From the NCBI GenBank assembly GCA_965368975.1, contig CBDUPA010000001.1:192001-256000 (forward strand): a stretch of DNA of 64,000 bases, written 5' to 3'. The notes beneath the pieces were generated by a model. The model was not told the origin of the DNA. It saw nothing but the letters and a program-made list of their open reading frames with translations, and made no database searches. Numbering within the stretch: the first letter of the stretch is position 1; every line of letters starts with the position of its first letter. Both the position numbers and the translations under genes were made by a program. Below, piece by piece: positions 36,016-46,740 of the stretch. This stretch comes from an uncultured bacterium. GTDB lineage: Bacteria > Acidobacteriota > Thermoanaerobaculia > Multivoradales > JAHZIX01.

Positions 36016-38679
36016 TCAGCCGTCCTCCTCCCGGTCCTGTCCACGGCGGCTCGATGCGCGGCCGCGGTTGTTGTTTCGTTGTTGGTTGTTGCTACCGCGG
36101 GCGCTCGAGCTGGCACGGTTGGAGTCGCGACCCTGCGCGCGGGCGGTCGAGCCGTTGCGGTTGGAGCTGCGGCTCTGGGAGCTGGCGCTGCTCTGGCGAC
36201 GCGACGAGCCGCTGTCAGAGCGTGCGCTACTGCCGCGGGTGCTCTGGGAGCGAGTGCTCTGTGTACGCGTACCCTGCGAACGCGTACCCTGCGAACGCGT
36301 CCCCTGCGAACGCGTCCCCTGGGATCGGGTGCCCTGGGATCGGGTGCCTCGAGAGCGCGTACTCTGAGACCTAGTACCTTGAGACCTAGTGCTCTGAGAG
36401 CGTGTACTCTGGGAACGCGTGCCCTGCGAGCGGGTACTCTGCGAGCGGGTACCTTGCGAGCGCGTGTTCTGGCGACCAGAGGTAGTGTTCCGGCGGGTGG
36501 AGGTGTCGCGTCGCGCGTTGGAGCGCGGGGGCGGCGTGGATTCCTGGCGCCGGGTGCTCGTGTCGCGGCGGGAGGTGTTCGTATCGCGGCGGGTGCTCGT
36601 GTCGCTGCGGCTATTCGTGTCGCGGCGTACGTTGGAGCGCCTGGGTGGGGTGGTCTCCTGCCGCCGGGTTGTGGTTTCCCGGCGCGAGGTCGTGGTGTCG
36701 CGACGCGTGGTTCCCGAATCGCGGCGCGTGCTGGTGTCGCGACGGACGTTGGAGCGTCTTGGTGGGGTGGTCTCCTCGCGCCGAGTTGTAGTTTCTCGGC
36801 GTGAGGTCGTGGTGTCGCGCCGTGGACTCGTGTCTCGGCGCGTGGTGGACGTATCGCGGCGGACGTCGGTGTCCCGGCGAGTCTGGGCATCGCGGCGGAC
36901 GTTCGACCGCAGGTCGACGCCGTCGTCGGTGCGTCGCACCACCTCGCGTCGACTCGTCGTCGAGCGTGTCGTGGTACCGCGAGTTTCGGTCTCGCGCCGC
37001 ACGTCAGTGTCGCGCCGGGTCGCCGTGCCGCGGGTCGCCGTGCCGCGGGTCGTGTCTCTCGTGGTCGTATCGCGGCTCTCCGTCCTGGCTGTGGCCGTGC
37101 GCCGGTCACTGCTGGTGCTGCGCGTGGCGGGCGTCCGCTCAGCGCCGCGGGTTTGCCGCAGTTGTCGCTCGACGTTCTCCGGCAGTTGCGCTTGCCGCTC
37201 GAGGATCGGCGTCATGTCGACCAGATCGCCGTTTCTCGTCGCGTTGCGGTTGGCGGGCTTGTCGGCGTAGCGGTAGGCGTGGGTTTGTTCGCGCAGCACC
37301 CGGTGCACGCGGTCGGTGTCATGCCACACGTCAGCGGTTACGTGGCGCGTGTCGTAGGTCACGACGCCGTGAGGAACCGTGCGCCAGTGTGTGACTTCAC
37401 GCACATGGTGGCCGTAGGTGACGTGACGGTATTGGTAGCGGTGACCGAGGTAAGCCGTCGAGCACCAGTTCCAGTCCAGGAACAGGTCCCAGGAGCCGCC
37501 GGCGGAGCCGAACAGCCCGAAGTGGAAGCCGGCGTTGCGGAAGCCGATGCTCCAGCCGAAGGAGCCGCGGTCATAGTGGTTGTCGTAGTAGCGCACGTAG
37601 CGACCGGTGGGGTACCAAGCGGAGTACCCGTCTCCCCAGTACCAGTAGACGTGGGCGGGGGCGAAGCGGCGGCCCGGGAACCACACCCAGCCGTGTCCGG
37701 CCACGCGGTCCCAGGTGCCGTAGTGGTACGGCACCCAGCCCCAGGGCTCGGACGAGACCCAGTTCAGGCCCAGCGGCGTCGACACCCAGCGGCCCTTCCA
37801 ATAGGGGCGCCAGTCGCCGGTGGTATACGGACGCCAGGCGCGGTTGCCGTGCACGTAGATCCACTCGCCGTGGCCGTGCAGCGAACCGGCGGCGTAGCGC
37901 ACTTCCGGTGCCAGGTCGTCGTAACGGTCATAGTCGTCGTGGCGCGACGCCAGTTCCAGGCGCTCGCCCCATCGCTCCAGTGAGTCTTCGCGGCCGGCGG
38001 GCCTCAGGTCCTTGTAGGAACCATAGGCACCTTCGACCTCCAGTTGCTCGCCGCGGCGGGCGAAAAAGGAGCCATCTTGGGATACCACCTCGGCGTGTCC
38101 GCGACGGACGACGACCTGCGTCCAGCCGTGCCGTAGCGAGGTGATGCGGTAGCTACCGGCTTCCTCGATGTACACCGCCGCGTTGGCGGTGTCGATGCGC
38201 GGCAGCTCGGTGCCGTCAGCGTAGCGGCTGACGATCAGCTGCGCGTTGCCTTCCGGCAGGCGCAGCAGGGTGAAGGCGTCGTCACGGTCGGGGGAGTCGG
38301 CCAGGCGGTCGAAGATCAGCTCGCTGTCGCCATCCAGGCGCAGCACGTTGCCGTCCGAGAGCACGATCTCGACGCAGCTGCCCGGAGATGTCCAGATGCG
38401 ATCGCCAGCGAGCAGCGGATAGTTGACCTCCAGCTCTTGCCGTTGGTCCGTGCCGGCCGGGAAGAGGGTGGCGGTGCCTTCCAGAATGCGAACGAAGCTA
38501 TAGCTCGCCTCGCCGTAGTGCGGGACGTCGTAGCCGCCCTGCGAGCCGTAGCTGGCGTTGGCCGGTGCCGCAGCCGGAGCCAAGGCCAGAGCCGTCAGGA
38601 CCAGGCCGGTCAAGACCCTGTGTAGGTGCCTGTGCAGCCAGGAACCGCCGAAGCGTACGTCGTGTCGTGTCTCTCTCAT
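36016..38679 (-). CDS. Secreted FecR + DUF6600 protein with a long Arg/Ser/Thr-rich repetitive tail
   Basis: AAGGAGG RBS, signal peptide, NYPLLAGDRIWT (FecR-like), WRPYWKGRW...WVSSEPWGWVPYHYGTW...GWVWFPG (DUF6600). Confidence 0.85.
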   Translation of the reverse strand: MRETRHDVRFGGSWLHRHLHRVLTGLVLTALALAPAAAPANASYGSQGGYDVPHYGEASYSFVRILEGTATLFPAGTDQRQELEVNYPLLAGDRIWTSPGSCVEIVLSDGNVLRLDGDSELIFDRLADSPDRDDAFTLLRLPEGNAQLIVSRYADGTELPRIDTANAAVYIEEAGSYRITSLRHGWTQVVVRRGHAEVVSQDGSFFARRGEQLEVEGAYGSYKDLRPAGREDSLERWGERLELASRHDDYDRYDDLAPEVRYAAGSLHGHGEWIYVHGNRAWRPYTTGDWRPYWKGRWVSTPLGLNWVSSEPWGWVPYHYGTWDRVAGHGWVWFPGRRFAPAHVYWYWGDGYSAWYPTGRYVRYYDNHYDRGSFGWSIGFRNAGFHFGLFGSAGGSWDLFLDWNWCSTAYLGHRYQYRHVTYGHHVREVTHWRTVPHGVVTYDTRHVTADVWHDTDRVHRVLREQTHAYRYADKPANRNATRNGDLVDMTPILERQAQLPENVERQLRQTRGAERTPATRSTSSDRRTATARTESRDTTTRDTTRGTATRGTATRRDTDVRRETETRGTTTRSTTSRREVVRRTDDGVDLRSNVRRDAQTRRDTDVRRDTSTTRRDTSPRRDTTTSRRETTTRREETTPPRRSNVRRDTSTRRDSGTTRRDTTTSRRETTTRRQETTPPRRSNVRRDTNSRSDTSTRRDTNTSRRDTSTRRQESTPPPRSNARRDTSTRRNTTSGRQNTRSQGTRSQSTRSQGTRSQSTRSQSTRSQGTRSQSTRSRGTRSQGTRSQGTRSQGTRSQGTRSQGTRTQSTRSQSTRGSSARSDSGSSRRQSSASSQSRSSNRNGSTARAQGRDSNRASSSARGSNNQQRNNNRGRASSRRGQDREEDG
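36232..36471 (-). repeat. 16 x 15-bp coding repeat (Q[G/S]TRS)
   Basis: QNTRS-QGTRS-QSTRS... read directly from the translation. Confidence 0.9.
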
Positions 38680-38741
38680 GGGTTTCCTCCTTGCCCGCAA
38701 GGCTTGCCGATGGTGTCAATGAGCGGGCATTCAACTACAAA

Positions 38742-38757
38742 TGCAAAGTGTATGCCA
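38742..38757 (-). promoter_or_regulatory. Sigma54 -24/-12 promoter for the FecR/DUF6600 gene
   Basis: Minus strand TGGCATACACTTTGCA, correct spacing, ~60 bp before the ATG. Confidence 0.7.
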
Positions 38758-39021
38758 GGATGGCGTGAACTTGTGGAAAGTACTGGTATGAAGAGACTTA
38801 TGGGTGGGTCTGTAGTTGTGGGCGATCGCGAGACGTCCTCTGTGGAGGACACTTTCCGCCTGTATTCCGAACCGACGACCTCCTTTCGTCGGTGCCAACC
38901 GTCGACCCGGCGCGAAACATCGATTACCATAGGAGTTCGGACGCCGTGCGGGCTGCCTCGCCCGTGACTCTTACCCCCTTCGAGATCCCCGTCGTTTCCC
39001 CCCAGGAGGAGTGATACCAGC

Positions 39022-39894
39022 GTGCTGAAGAAGCTGTTTGGAAGTAAGCGGAAGGAACCGACGCCAGCGGAGTACACCATCGAGGATCTGATCGTCCTCG
39101 AAATGTACGACCAGGCAGCGGGCCGACTACAGGCGAAGCTCAAGAAGAGTCCCAACGATCTGCACTCGCATCTCAAGTTGGCCGAGGTCTACATGGGCAT
39201 GCGCGAGCTATCCAAGGCGCTGGACGAATACGTCTACGTGGCCGAGGAATACGCCTCGGATGGGTTCTTCGACAAGGGGATCGCGCTGCTGTCCAAGGTG
39301 CAGAAACTGTTCCCTGCCGACGACAAGCTGAGCACCAAGATCGAGAAGATCCGACAGGCCAAGCGCAACGAGCACATCCGAGAGCTGGCCATGGAGGGGC
39401 TGCGCGAGGGCATGAAGGACACCGGCGACCAGGCTGGTACCTCCGCGCTGGAGCTGCAGGCGATGTGGGGCAAGCTGGCACGCAGTACGATCGTGCGGCG
39501 GCTTCCCGGCGATCAGCTCAAGCAGTTGTTCTCGGCGATGCAGCTCAAGCACCTGGGAAAGGGCGAGCGGCTGGCCGAAGAAGGGCAGGACTTGCCGCAG
39601 CTCTACTTGCTGGTGCGTGGCACCGTCGAAGCGTCGGCCGCGGACGGCAACGGCCAGAGCACGGTGCTGCGGACCTTCAGTTCCGGCGATATCGTTGGCG
39701 ACAAGGCGATCCTCAAGCAGGTCCCCTGGATCGCCACCTACACCGTCTCGGAGTCGGCGACGGCTCTGATCCTCAATCGTCAAGGTCTCGAGAAGGCGAT
39801 GGCCGGCAACCCGGATCCACGGGCGTTCCTGGAGGCCCTGCGCGAGCAGCGGCAGGACGAGGAAGTGGCACAGGTTCTGGCCAAGCTGCGCTGA
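39022..39894 (+). CDS. TPR + degenerate cNMP-binding domain protein
   Basis: Same layout as 16999-17808, but the cassette reads GDIVGDKAILKQVPWIAT (GE and R not conserved). Confidence 0.75.
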   Translation: MLKKLFGSKRKEPTPAEYTIEDLIVLEMYDQAAGRLQAKLKKSPNDLHSHLKLAEVYMGMRELSKALDEYVYVAEEYASDGFFDKGIALLSKVQKLFPADDKLSTKIEKIRQAKRNEHIRELAMEGLREGMKDTGDQAGTSALELQAMWGKLARSTIVRRLPGDQLKQLFSAMQLKHLGKGERLAEEGQDLPQLYLLVRGTVEASAADGNGQSTVLRTFSSGDIVGDKAILKQVPWIATYTVSESATALILNRQGLEKAMAGNPDPRAFLEALREQRQDEEVAQVLAKLR

Positions 39895-39930
39895 GTCCTG
39901 ATTCCTATCGCGGCGACAACTCACCGACTC

Positions 39931-40449
39931 ATGGCGATTCTACCCATTCGTATCTACCCGGACCCGGTACTGCGCGTGACCTGTCCGGAAGTGACCTCCT
40001 TCGACGACCGCCTGCATCGGCTGGTCGACGACATGGTCGAGACTATGCACAAAGCGCCCGGCATCGGCCTGGCGGCGCCGCAGGTGGGCAAAGAGATGCG
40101 CCTGGCGGTGGTCGATGTCAGCGGCGGCGAGGACCCCGAAGCCGTGCTGGTGCTGGTCAACCCGCGTCTGCAGGAGCAGAAGGGGACGGCGGTCGAGATC
40201 GAGGGCTGCTTGTCGCTGCCTGGCATCACCGAAAAGGTCAAGCGCCCGACGCGCATCGTGGTCACTGCCCAGGATCTCGACGGCGAGCCTTTCGAACTGG
40301 AAGCCGAAGACCTGCAGGCACGTGCCATCCTGCACGAGATGGACCACCTGGACGGTGTCCTCTTCTTCGACTACCTGACCGGGCTGAAGAAAGAGCGCGT
40401 GCGGCGCAAGATCAAGAAGCTGGCAGATGTCGAGGCGGTCCAGGTATGA
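39931..40449 (+). CDS. def: Peptide deformylase
   Basis: GIGLAAPQVG, EGCLS, HEMDHLDG. Confidence 0.97.
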   Translation: MAILPIRIYPDPVLRVTCPEVTSFDDRLHRLVDDMVETMHKAPGIGLAAPQVGKEMRLAVVDVSGGEDPEAVLVLVNPRLQEQKGTAVEIEGCLSLPGITEKVKRPTRIVVTAQDLDGEPFELEAEDLQARAILHEMDHLDGVLFFDYLTGLKKERVRRKIKKLADVEAVQV

Positions 40450-41036
40450 GTGCACGTATGCGACGTGGCGCGCCAGTCTTCTCTCAGCTGCTGGCTGGCA
40501 CCCTTGTCTTGCTGGCCGTGCTGAATCTCGCTTGCGGCGGTGGTGGCGGTGGTGGCGGAGGCGGTGCTACGCCCCCGACGCAGCCCAACGCCAGTCTCTC
40601 CTTCACCCAGGCAGGCGGTGGTGGCAACGGCAGCATCGTGCTCGAACGCACCAACGTTGGCGCCACCACCCTGGTTCTCGACGTGCGCGTCACCGGCGTC
40701 ACCGACCTCTACGGCGTCGCCTTCGATCTCAGCTTCCCGTCCAGCTTGCTGCAATTCGTCAGCCCCGCCACAGAGGGAGCCTTCTTGTCCCAGGGGGGGA
40801 GCTCGACTTCATTGCTGGTCGACGAGAATCCCGCCGGCAACCTGATCGTCGGTCTCAGTCGCCTGGGGGCGACGCCCGGCCAGACTGGCAGCGGCGTGCT
40901 GATGACCCTTACTTTCACCGCCATCGGCAGCGGTAGCGGGACAATCCAGTTCGTGGCGCCGCAGGCGCTCAACTCGAATGGCACGGTCATCGGGGGCCTG
41001 GCCTTCGAAGGCGGCACGGTTACGGTCCAGCTCTAG
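40446..41036 (+). CDS. Cohesin-domain lipoprotein
   Basis: LNLAC lipobox + poly-Gly linker; DLYGVAFDLSF...EGAFL...GSGVLMTLTF. Confidence 0.75.
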   Translation: MSARMRRGAPVFSQLLAGTLVLLAVLNLACGGGGGGGGGGATPPTQPNASLSFTQAGGGGNGSIVLERTNVGATTLVLDVRVTGVTDLYGVAFDLSFPSSLLQFVSPATEGAFLSQGGSSTSLLVDENPAGNLIVGLSRLGATPGQTGSGVLMTLTFTAIGSGSGTIQFVAPQALNSNGTVIGGLAFEGGTVTVQL

Positions 41037-41051
41037 ACCTCGTTCCAGTTG

Positions 41052-41115
41052 CTGGTGCAAGAACTGTTTGGCACAAGGACTGTCTGGTGCAAGGACTGTC
41101 TGGCGCAAGGAGATT
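41052..41115 (+). repeat. 4 x 16-bp tandem repeat ending in the cysS RBS
   Basis: CTGGTGCAAGAACTGT / TTGGCACAAGGACTGT / CTGGTGCAAGGACTGT / CTGGCGCAAGGAGATT. Confidence 0.85.
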
Positions 41116-41118
41116 CGT

Positions 41119-42555
<1,437 letters not shown>

Positions 42556-42579
42556 CCGCTCGGGTCTAGGGAGCCGCTG

Positions 42580-42963
42580 ATGAGCGACTTGGGACGGTTC
42601 CGTAGGAAACCCCATACGCGGGCCCGTGGTGGTGACGCCGAAGACACCGCCGTGCGCTGGCTCGGTGGGCACGGCTACCGCATCGTCGAGCGCAACGTGG
42701 TCACCAAGGCGGGGGAGATCGATATCGTTGCCGAGCACGGCAACACCTTGTGCTTCATCGAGGTCAAGGCGCGCGCCACTACCCGCTACGGCAGCGCCAT
42801 TGAAGCCGTCGATGTGCGCAAGCAGCGGCGCATCGCTCGTGCGGCGTCCCTCTACCTGGCCTGGAAGCCCTACGATGGACCCTGCCGCTTCGATGTCGTC
42901 GGCCTCGATCCCGGTCCTGACGGCTGGCACGTGACCTTGGTGCAGGACGCGTTTCGACTCTGA
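42580..42963 (+). CDS. yraN: YraN family (UPF0102) nuclease-like protein
   Basis: GYRIVERN, GEIDIVA, FIEVKAR, CRFDVV. Confidence 0.92.
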   Translation: MSDLGRFRRKPHTRARGGDAEDTAVRWLGGHGYRIVERNVVTKAGEIDIVAEHGNTLCFIEVKARATTRYGSAIEAVDVRKQRRIARAASLYLAWKPYDGPCRFDVVGLDPGPDGWHVTLVQDAFRL

Positions 42964-43017
42964 CGCCGAGACGAAGGGCAGGAGAGCAATTCGGTGAAGA
43001 TTCGCCGCGCCGAGTGC

Positions 43018-43046
43018 TTGACAGCCCAGGGACGCTGGACTACGAT
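43018..43046 (+). promoter_or_regulatory. Sigma70 promoter of the tRNA genes
   Basis: TTGACA-17 bp-TACGAT immediately before tRNA-Gly. Confidence 0.8.
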
Positions 43047-43058
43047 TCTCCTCCGCGG

Positions 43059-43133
43059 GCGGGAATAGCTCAGTGGTAGAGCACAACCTTGCCAAGGTTG
43101 GGGTCGCGGGTTCGAACCCCGTTTCCCGCTCCA
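43059..43133 (+). tRNA. tRNA-Gly(GCC)
   Basis: GCGGGAA acceptor stem, anticodon loop TTGCCAA, GGTTCGAA T-loop, encoded CCA. Confidence 0.97.
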
Positions 43134-43270
43134 AATCCTCGGAACTCCCGGTGATCTCTTCTCTCGAAGAGCCGCCGTCAGAGATAGAGCCGGCGGCCAT
43201 CAGGCCGCCGTTCTCACATCGGGGCATCTGGGTTATACTGTTCTGGTTGAATGCAGATTGTCCCAAGTTC

Positions 43271-43345
43271 GGCGACGTGGCCAAGTGGTAAGGCAAGGGT
43301 CTGCAAAACCCTCATTCCCCGGTTCGAATCCGGGCGTCGCCTCCA
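43271..43345 (+). tRNA. tRNA-Cys(GCA)
   Basis: GGCGACG/CGTCGCC acceptor stem, anticodon loop CTGCAAA, GGTTCGAATCC, T discriminator + CCA. Confidence 0.96.
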
Positions 43346-43398
43346 TACCTCCCTTCCCTCTCTAACAACGGTCCCTCCTGGCAGGAACGAGATCCGTC

Positions 43399-44028
43399 AT
43401 GGCAGACTCAGGCTCGCGCGAAGCCGTACTTGCTGCTTTCCCTGACAAAGATCTCGACGACGACTGGCGCCCGCCAACGCTGACCACCGAGCGTCTGATC
43501 CTGCGAGCCATCGATCGCGACGACGTCCACGGAATCTTCGCCTACGCCAGTGATCCAGAAGTCGTCCGTCACCTGCTGTGGGAGCCACACCAGAGCCTGG
43601 ACGATTCTCACGAGTTCCTGGACAAAGTCTTCGAAGCCTACCGGCGTCAAATGCCGGATCCCTTCGGTATCGTCCTCAAGGATGAACCTGGCAGGGTCCT
43701 CGGCACCGCAGGCTCCCGCTGGGTCTCCTTCGACCACAAGACGATGGAACTCGGCTACGTCGTTGCACGTCCGCACTGGCGCCAGGGCTATGCCACCGAA
43801 GCCGTCTGGGCGGTCGTCTGCTCGACCTTCGCTCTCTACCCCGTAGAGCGCCTGCAAGCCCGCGTCTTCCCCGACAATCCCGCCAGCCGCCGCATCTTGG
43901 AAAAACTCGACTTCCGTCACGAAGGCTGCCTGCGCTCGTCCGTCTGGCGCCTGGAGCGCTTCTGGGACCTGGATATGTTCTCGATGCTGCGGGGGGAGTG
44001 GGAGGAGCGTGTCGCCACGCTGGTGTAG
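43399..44028 (+). CDS. RimJ/RimL-type GNAT acetyltransferase
   Basis: LTTERLILR, ELGYVVARPHWRQGYATEA, NPASRRILEKLDF. Confidence 0.9.
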   Translation: MADSGSREAVLAAFPDKDLDDDWRPPTLTTERLILRAIDRDDVHGIFAYASDPEVVRHLLWEPHQSLDDSHEFLDKVFEAYRRQMPDPFGIVLKDEPGRVLGTAGSRWVSFDHKTMELGYVVARPHWRQGYATEAVWAVVCSTFALYPVERLQARVFPDNPASRRILEKLDFRHEGCLRSSVWRLERFWDLDMFSMLRGEWEERVATLV

Positions 44029-44053
44029 CTCGGTCCCCGTAGGCAAGCACGGA

Positions 44054-44116
44054 GCGTAGGCGGGGACTGTGTCAGGCGGGGATTGTGTCAGGCGGGCACT
44101 GTGTCAGGCGGGCACC
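44054..44116. repeat. 3-4 x 16-bp tandem repeat containing the DUF4286 gene stop
   Basis: GTGTCAGGCGGGGATT / GTGTCAGGCGGGCACT / GTGTCAGGCGGGCACC plus a partial copy upstream. Confidence 0.8.
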
Positions 44117-44409
44117 AAGACCCTGCGTGACGCCGAGACGCCTTGCGGGAACTGGTCCGCATGGTCCTTCTGCAGCGCCGCGGCGGCGTTCTGCTGGTAA
44201 GCCAGGTAGGCTTCCAGAGCTGCACAGACGTAGCGGATGACGTAGATAGTGCGGTGCGGGTCTTCCACCGGATCGATCACTTTCTGGATCGTATGGCCGC
44301 GGAAATAGCCGGTGTCGAGCACCGCTGGGATGTGGGTTTCCTTCATCCAGGTGAGCCAGTCGGTTTCGATGGCATCGAGCACGGAGACGGTGACGCTGTA
44401 GACGACCAT
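44104..44409 (-). CDS. DUF4286 family protein
   Basis: MVVYSVT...WLTWMKETHIPAVLDTGYF...YQQNAAAALQKDH. Confidence 0.8.
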   Translation of the reverse strand: MVVYSVTVSVLDAIETDWLTWMKETHIPAVLDTGYFRGHTIQKVIDPVEDPHRTIYVIRYVCAALEAYLAYQQNAAAALQKDHADQFPQGVSASRRVLVPA

Positions 44410-44747
44410 GAGGGGCCCTCGTGAAATTGAAGTTGCAAGCCCCTCTCGGCAGGCACTGAGAGGGGTGGAATGGCCGGCAGAACCTATCATGTGCCCCGGC
44501 TCCTCCCGCGGACGCGTTCGCGTTGCGCGTCTTTCGCCGGAAACTAGAACGCGACTATAGACTCCATAGTCAATTCGAAATATACTCCATCAACTTTCCT
44601 TCCTTTGCGGTCCAACTTTCAACGCCAAGATTCTCTGTCTTCCCTTCCGGGTCCACCAAGTCCGTGTATTCACGGAACGTCTGGCGGTTCGCGTTGTGAG
44701 CTGCCGTTCGGGCCGATTTATAGACCCTGACTTAAGGGAGAAGACCC

Positions 44748-45248
44748 ATGAAGCGATGGAGGACTCGAGTCCTGTACGGGATTCTGGCTGCTCTGGTGCT
44801 GGCCGTGACTGCGGCTGTGCCAGTGCACGCGGAGGAGACGATGAACGGGGCCGCAGCAGGTGGCGAGCTGGCGTCGGTCACCACGGAACAGGCACAGGCA
44901 GCCTTGGTTGCGGCCGGGTTGCGCGTGGTGCTGGATCCCGAGACCGGGCAGTTACGCGCTCCGACCGAGGCCGAAGCTGCGAGCCTGTTCGCCCAAGATC
45001 CGGCGGAGAAGCAGCTCGCGCCGGATGAGCAGAACATGGTGCTCGAGCAGGGACCGGACGGCGCCCTGGTGCTGCACCTGGACGAGCGTTTCCACATGGC
45101 CGCGGTGGTCACTCTCGACGCTGAGGGCCGGCCGGTGATCGAGCATCATGTCGACGCCGCGACGTTCGAGGCGCAAGCGCTCGAAGCCGCGCGTGCCGAA
45201 GAAGCCGGCAAGGAAACAGCTGGCAGCAGCGAGGAGGTGGCGCAATGA
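44748..45248 (+). CDS. Secreted small protein (post-PEP-CTERM-1-like domain)
   Basis: Signal peptide; GLRVVLDPETGQLRAPT...GPDGALVLHLDERFHMAAVVTLDAEG. Confidence 0.65.
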   Translation: MKRWRTRVLYGILAALVLAVTAAVPVHAEETMNGAAAGGELASVTTEQAQAALVAAGLRVVLDPETGQLRAPTEAEAASLFAQDPAEKQLAPDEQNMVLEQGPDGALVLHLDERFHMAAVVTLDAEGRPVIEHHVDAATFEAQALEAARAEEAGKETAGSSEEVAQ

Positions 45249-46525
45249 GAATCTCGATCCTGTCCGCGCTCGCTCTCTCGCTGACCGTGCTGTTGCTGGC
45301 CGTGACCGTGACGCCGGCGGTGGCACAGAGCCAGATCGTCATCGTGCCGGGTGCCGGTCTGGCGGACGCCACGGCCGCGGCGCCGGTCGGCGGCAACCCG
45401 GGGACGACCGTCGGTGCTCAGCGCACCAACGTGTTTCTGCGCGCCGCCGACATCTGGTCACGCATGCTGACCAGTAACGTGCCGGTGCGGGTGCAAGCTC
45501 AGTTCGTGCCGCAGTTCTGCAACGCGTTCTCGGCCACTCTGGGCTCGGCCGGGCCGATCACCATCGTCGGCAACTTCACCGGCGCGGTGCTGCCCAACAC
45601 CTGGTACCACGTCGCGCTCGGCAACGCTCAGGCTGGCGTCGACCTGGCGCCGACCGCCAACGATATATCGGCGTCGTTCAACAGCAACCTCAATGGCAAT
45701 CCGGCGTGTCTGGGTGGCAACCAGTGGTACTACGGGTTGGACAACAACCCACCACCGGGCGATATCGACTTCCTGGGCGTCATTCTGCACGAGCTGGCGC
45801 ACGGCCTCGGCTTTAGCACGGTGATCGTCCCGCCCACCTGGGCGCCGCCGTCACCGCTGCCCAACGACGTCTGGAGCCACTTCCTGTTCGACGCCACACT
45901 TGGCGCCAACTGGACCGCGCTGACCCCCGCCGGCAAGCAGTTCTCGGCCACCAACAACGGCAACCTGACGTGGTCGGGCGCCAACGTGACGGCAGCCGCG
46001 ACCGGCGTGCTGACCAGCGGTATCAATGCCGCCACCGGCTTCGTCCAGATGTACGCACCGGCAACCTACAACGGTGGTTCGTCGGTGTCGCACTTTGATA
46101 CCGCGGTGTTCCCGAACGAGCTGATGGAGCCGTTCTTCACCAATCCCACCAACAAGGTAGGACTGGCGCAGCCGCTGTTCCAGGACATCGGTTGGAACAC
46201 GACACCGCAGAATTACGTGATGTACACGCCGATCCCGGGGCCGGCGGGCAACACCAACGTGTTCTCGGCCGGCAATGGTACTTCGGGTGACACGACCTAC
46301 CTGCTCTACGGCTTCACGCCAGGTGGCGTGGCGATCCCCGGCTGCGGAGCCGCCACCACGGGTATGGCTGACGTCAACATCCTGGCGTCGGGACCGACCG
46401 CGGCCAACGGCAACTTCGACATCCAGCTGCCCATTGGCAGCGGTCTGGCCGGGGTGACGGTGCTGCTGCAGGCCGTCGAGCTGCCGTCCTGCAAGGTCAG
46501 TCCGCTGCTCACGCACACCTTCTGA
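45245..46525 (+). CDS. Secreted zinc metallopeptidase (HEXXH)
   Basis: Signal peptide; TLGSAGP, ILHELAHGLGF, GSSVSHFD, NELMEPF (Met-turn). Confidence 0.8.
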   Translation: MRISILSALALSLTVLLLAVTVTPAVAQSQIVIVPGAGLADATAAAPVGGNPGTTVGAQRTNVFLRAADIWSRMLTSNVPVRVQAQFVPQFCNAFSATLGSAGPITIVGNFTGAVLPNTWYHVALGNAQAGVDLAPTANDISASFNSNLNGNPACLGGNQWYYGLDNNPPPGDIDFLGVILHELAHGLGFSTVIVPPTWAPPSPLPNDVWSHFLFDATLGANWTALTPAGKQFSATNNGNLTWSGANVTAAATGVLTSGINAATGFVQMYAPATYNGGSSVSHFDTAVFPNELMEPFFTNPTNKVGLAQPLFQDIGWNTTPQNYVMYTPIPGPAGNTNVFSAGNGTSGDTTYLLYGFTPGGVAIPGCGAATTGMADVNILASGPTAANGNFDIQLPIGSGLAGVTVLLQAVELPSCKVSPLLTHTF

Positions 46526-46550
46526 CGCGCGATCCATCGACTCTCGATCG

Positions 46551-46584
46551 AAGCACTCCCGCCTGCTGGGTGGGAGTGCTTTTT
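46551..46584 (+). terminator. Intrinsic terminator
   Basis: AAGCACTCCCGCC...GGTGGGAGTGCTTTTT. Confidence 0.8.
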
Positions 46585-46740
46585 GCTGTGGTCAGAGCTT
46601 CTGAGGGGGGCCGGCTGCCAGACACCCGTCGTGGTGCCGTTGTGCGGCAGCTCGAGGAGCGGTAGGGTGGAGAGGAGGGAATGTTGGGACGGCCGCGCGG
46701 GTTGGGAAAGGTAGTCCCGCAAGAAATAAGGAGTTCCGTC

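Noticed and set aside
36079-37270. Repetitive plus-strand ORFs (VSRR/ERVP repeats)
   Set aside because: Antisense of the DUF6600 repeat tail; no RBS or independent evidence
41052-41118. T-box or riboswitch upstream of cysS
   Set aside because: The intergenic region is only ~80 bp and is explained by a tandem repeat; no T-box motif
43059-44409. tRNA-anchored integrative element
   Set aside because: No integrase and no duplicated tRNA 3' end seen in the window
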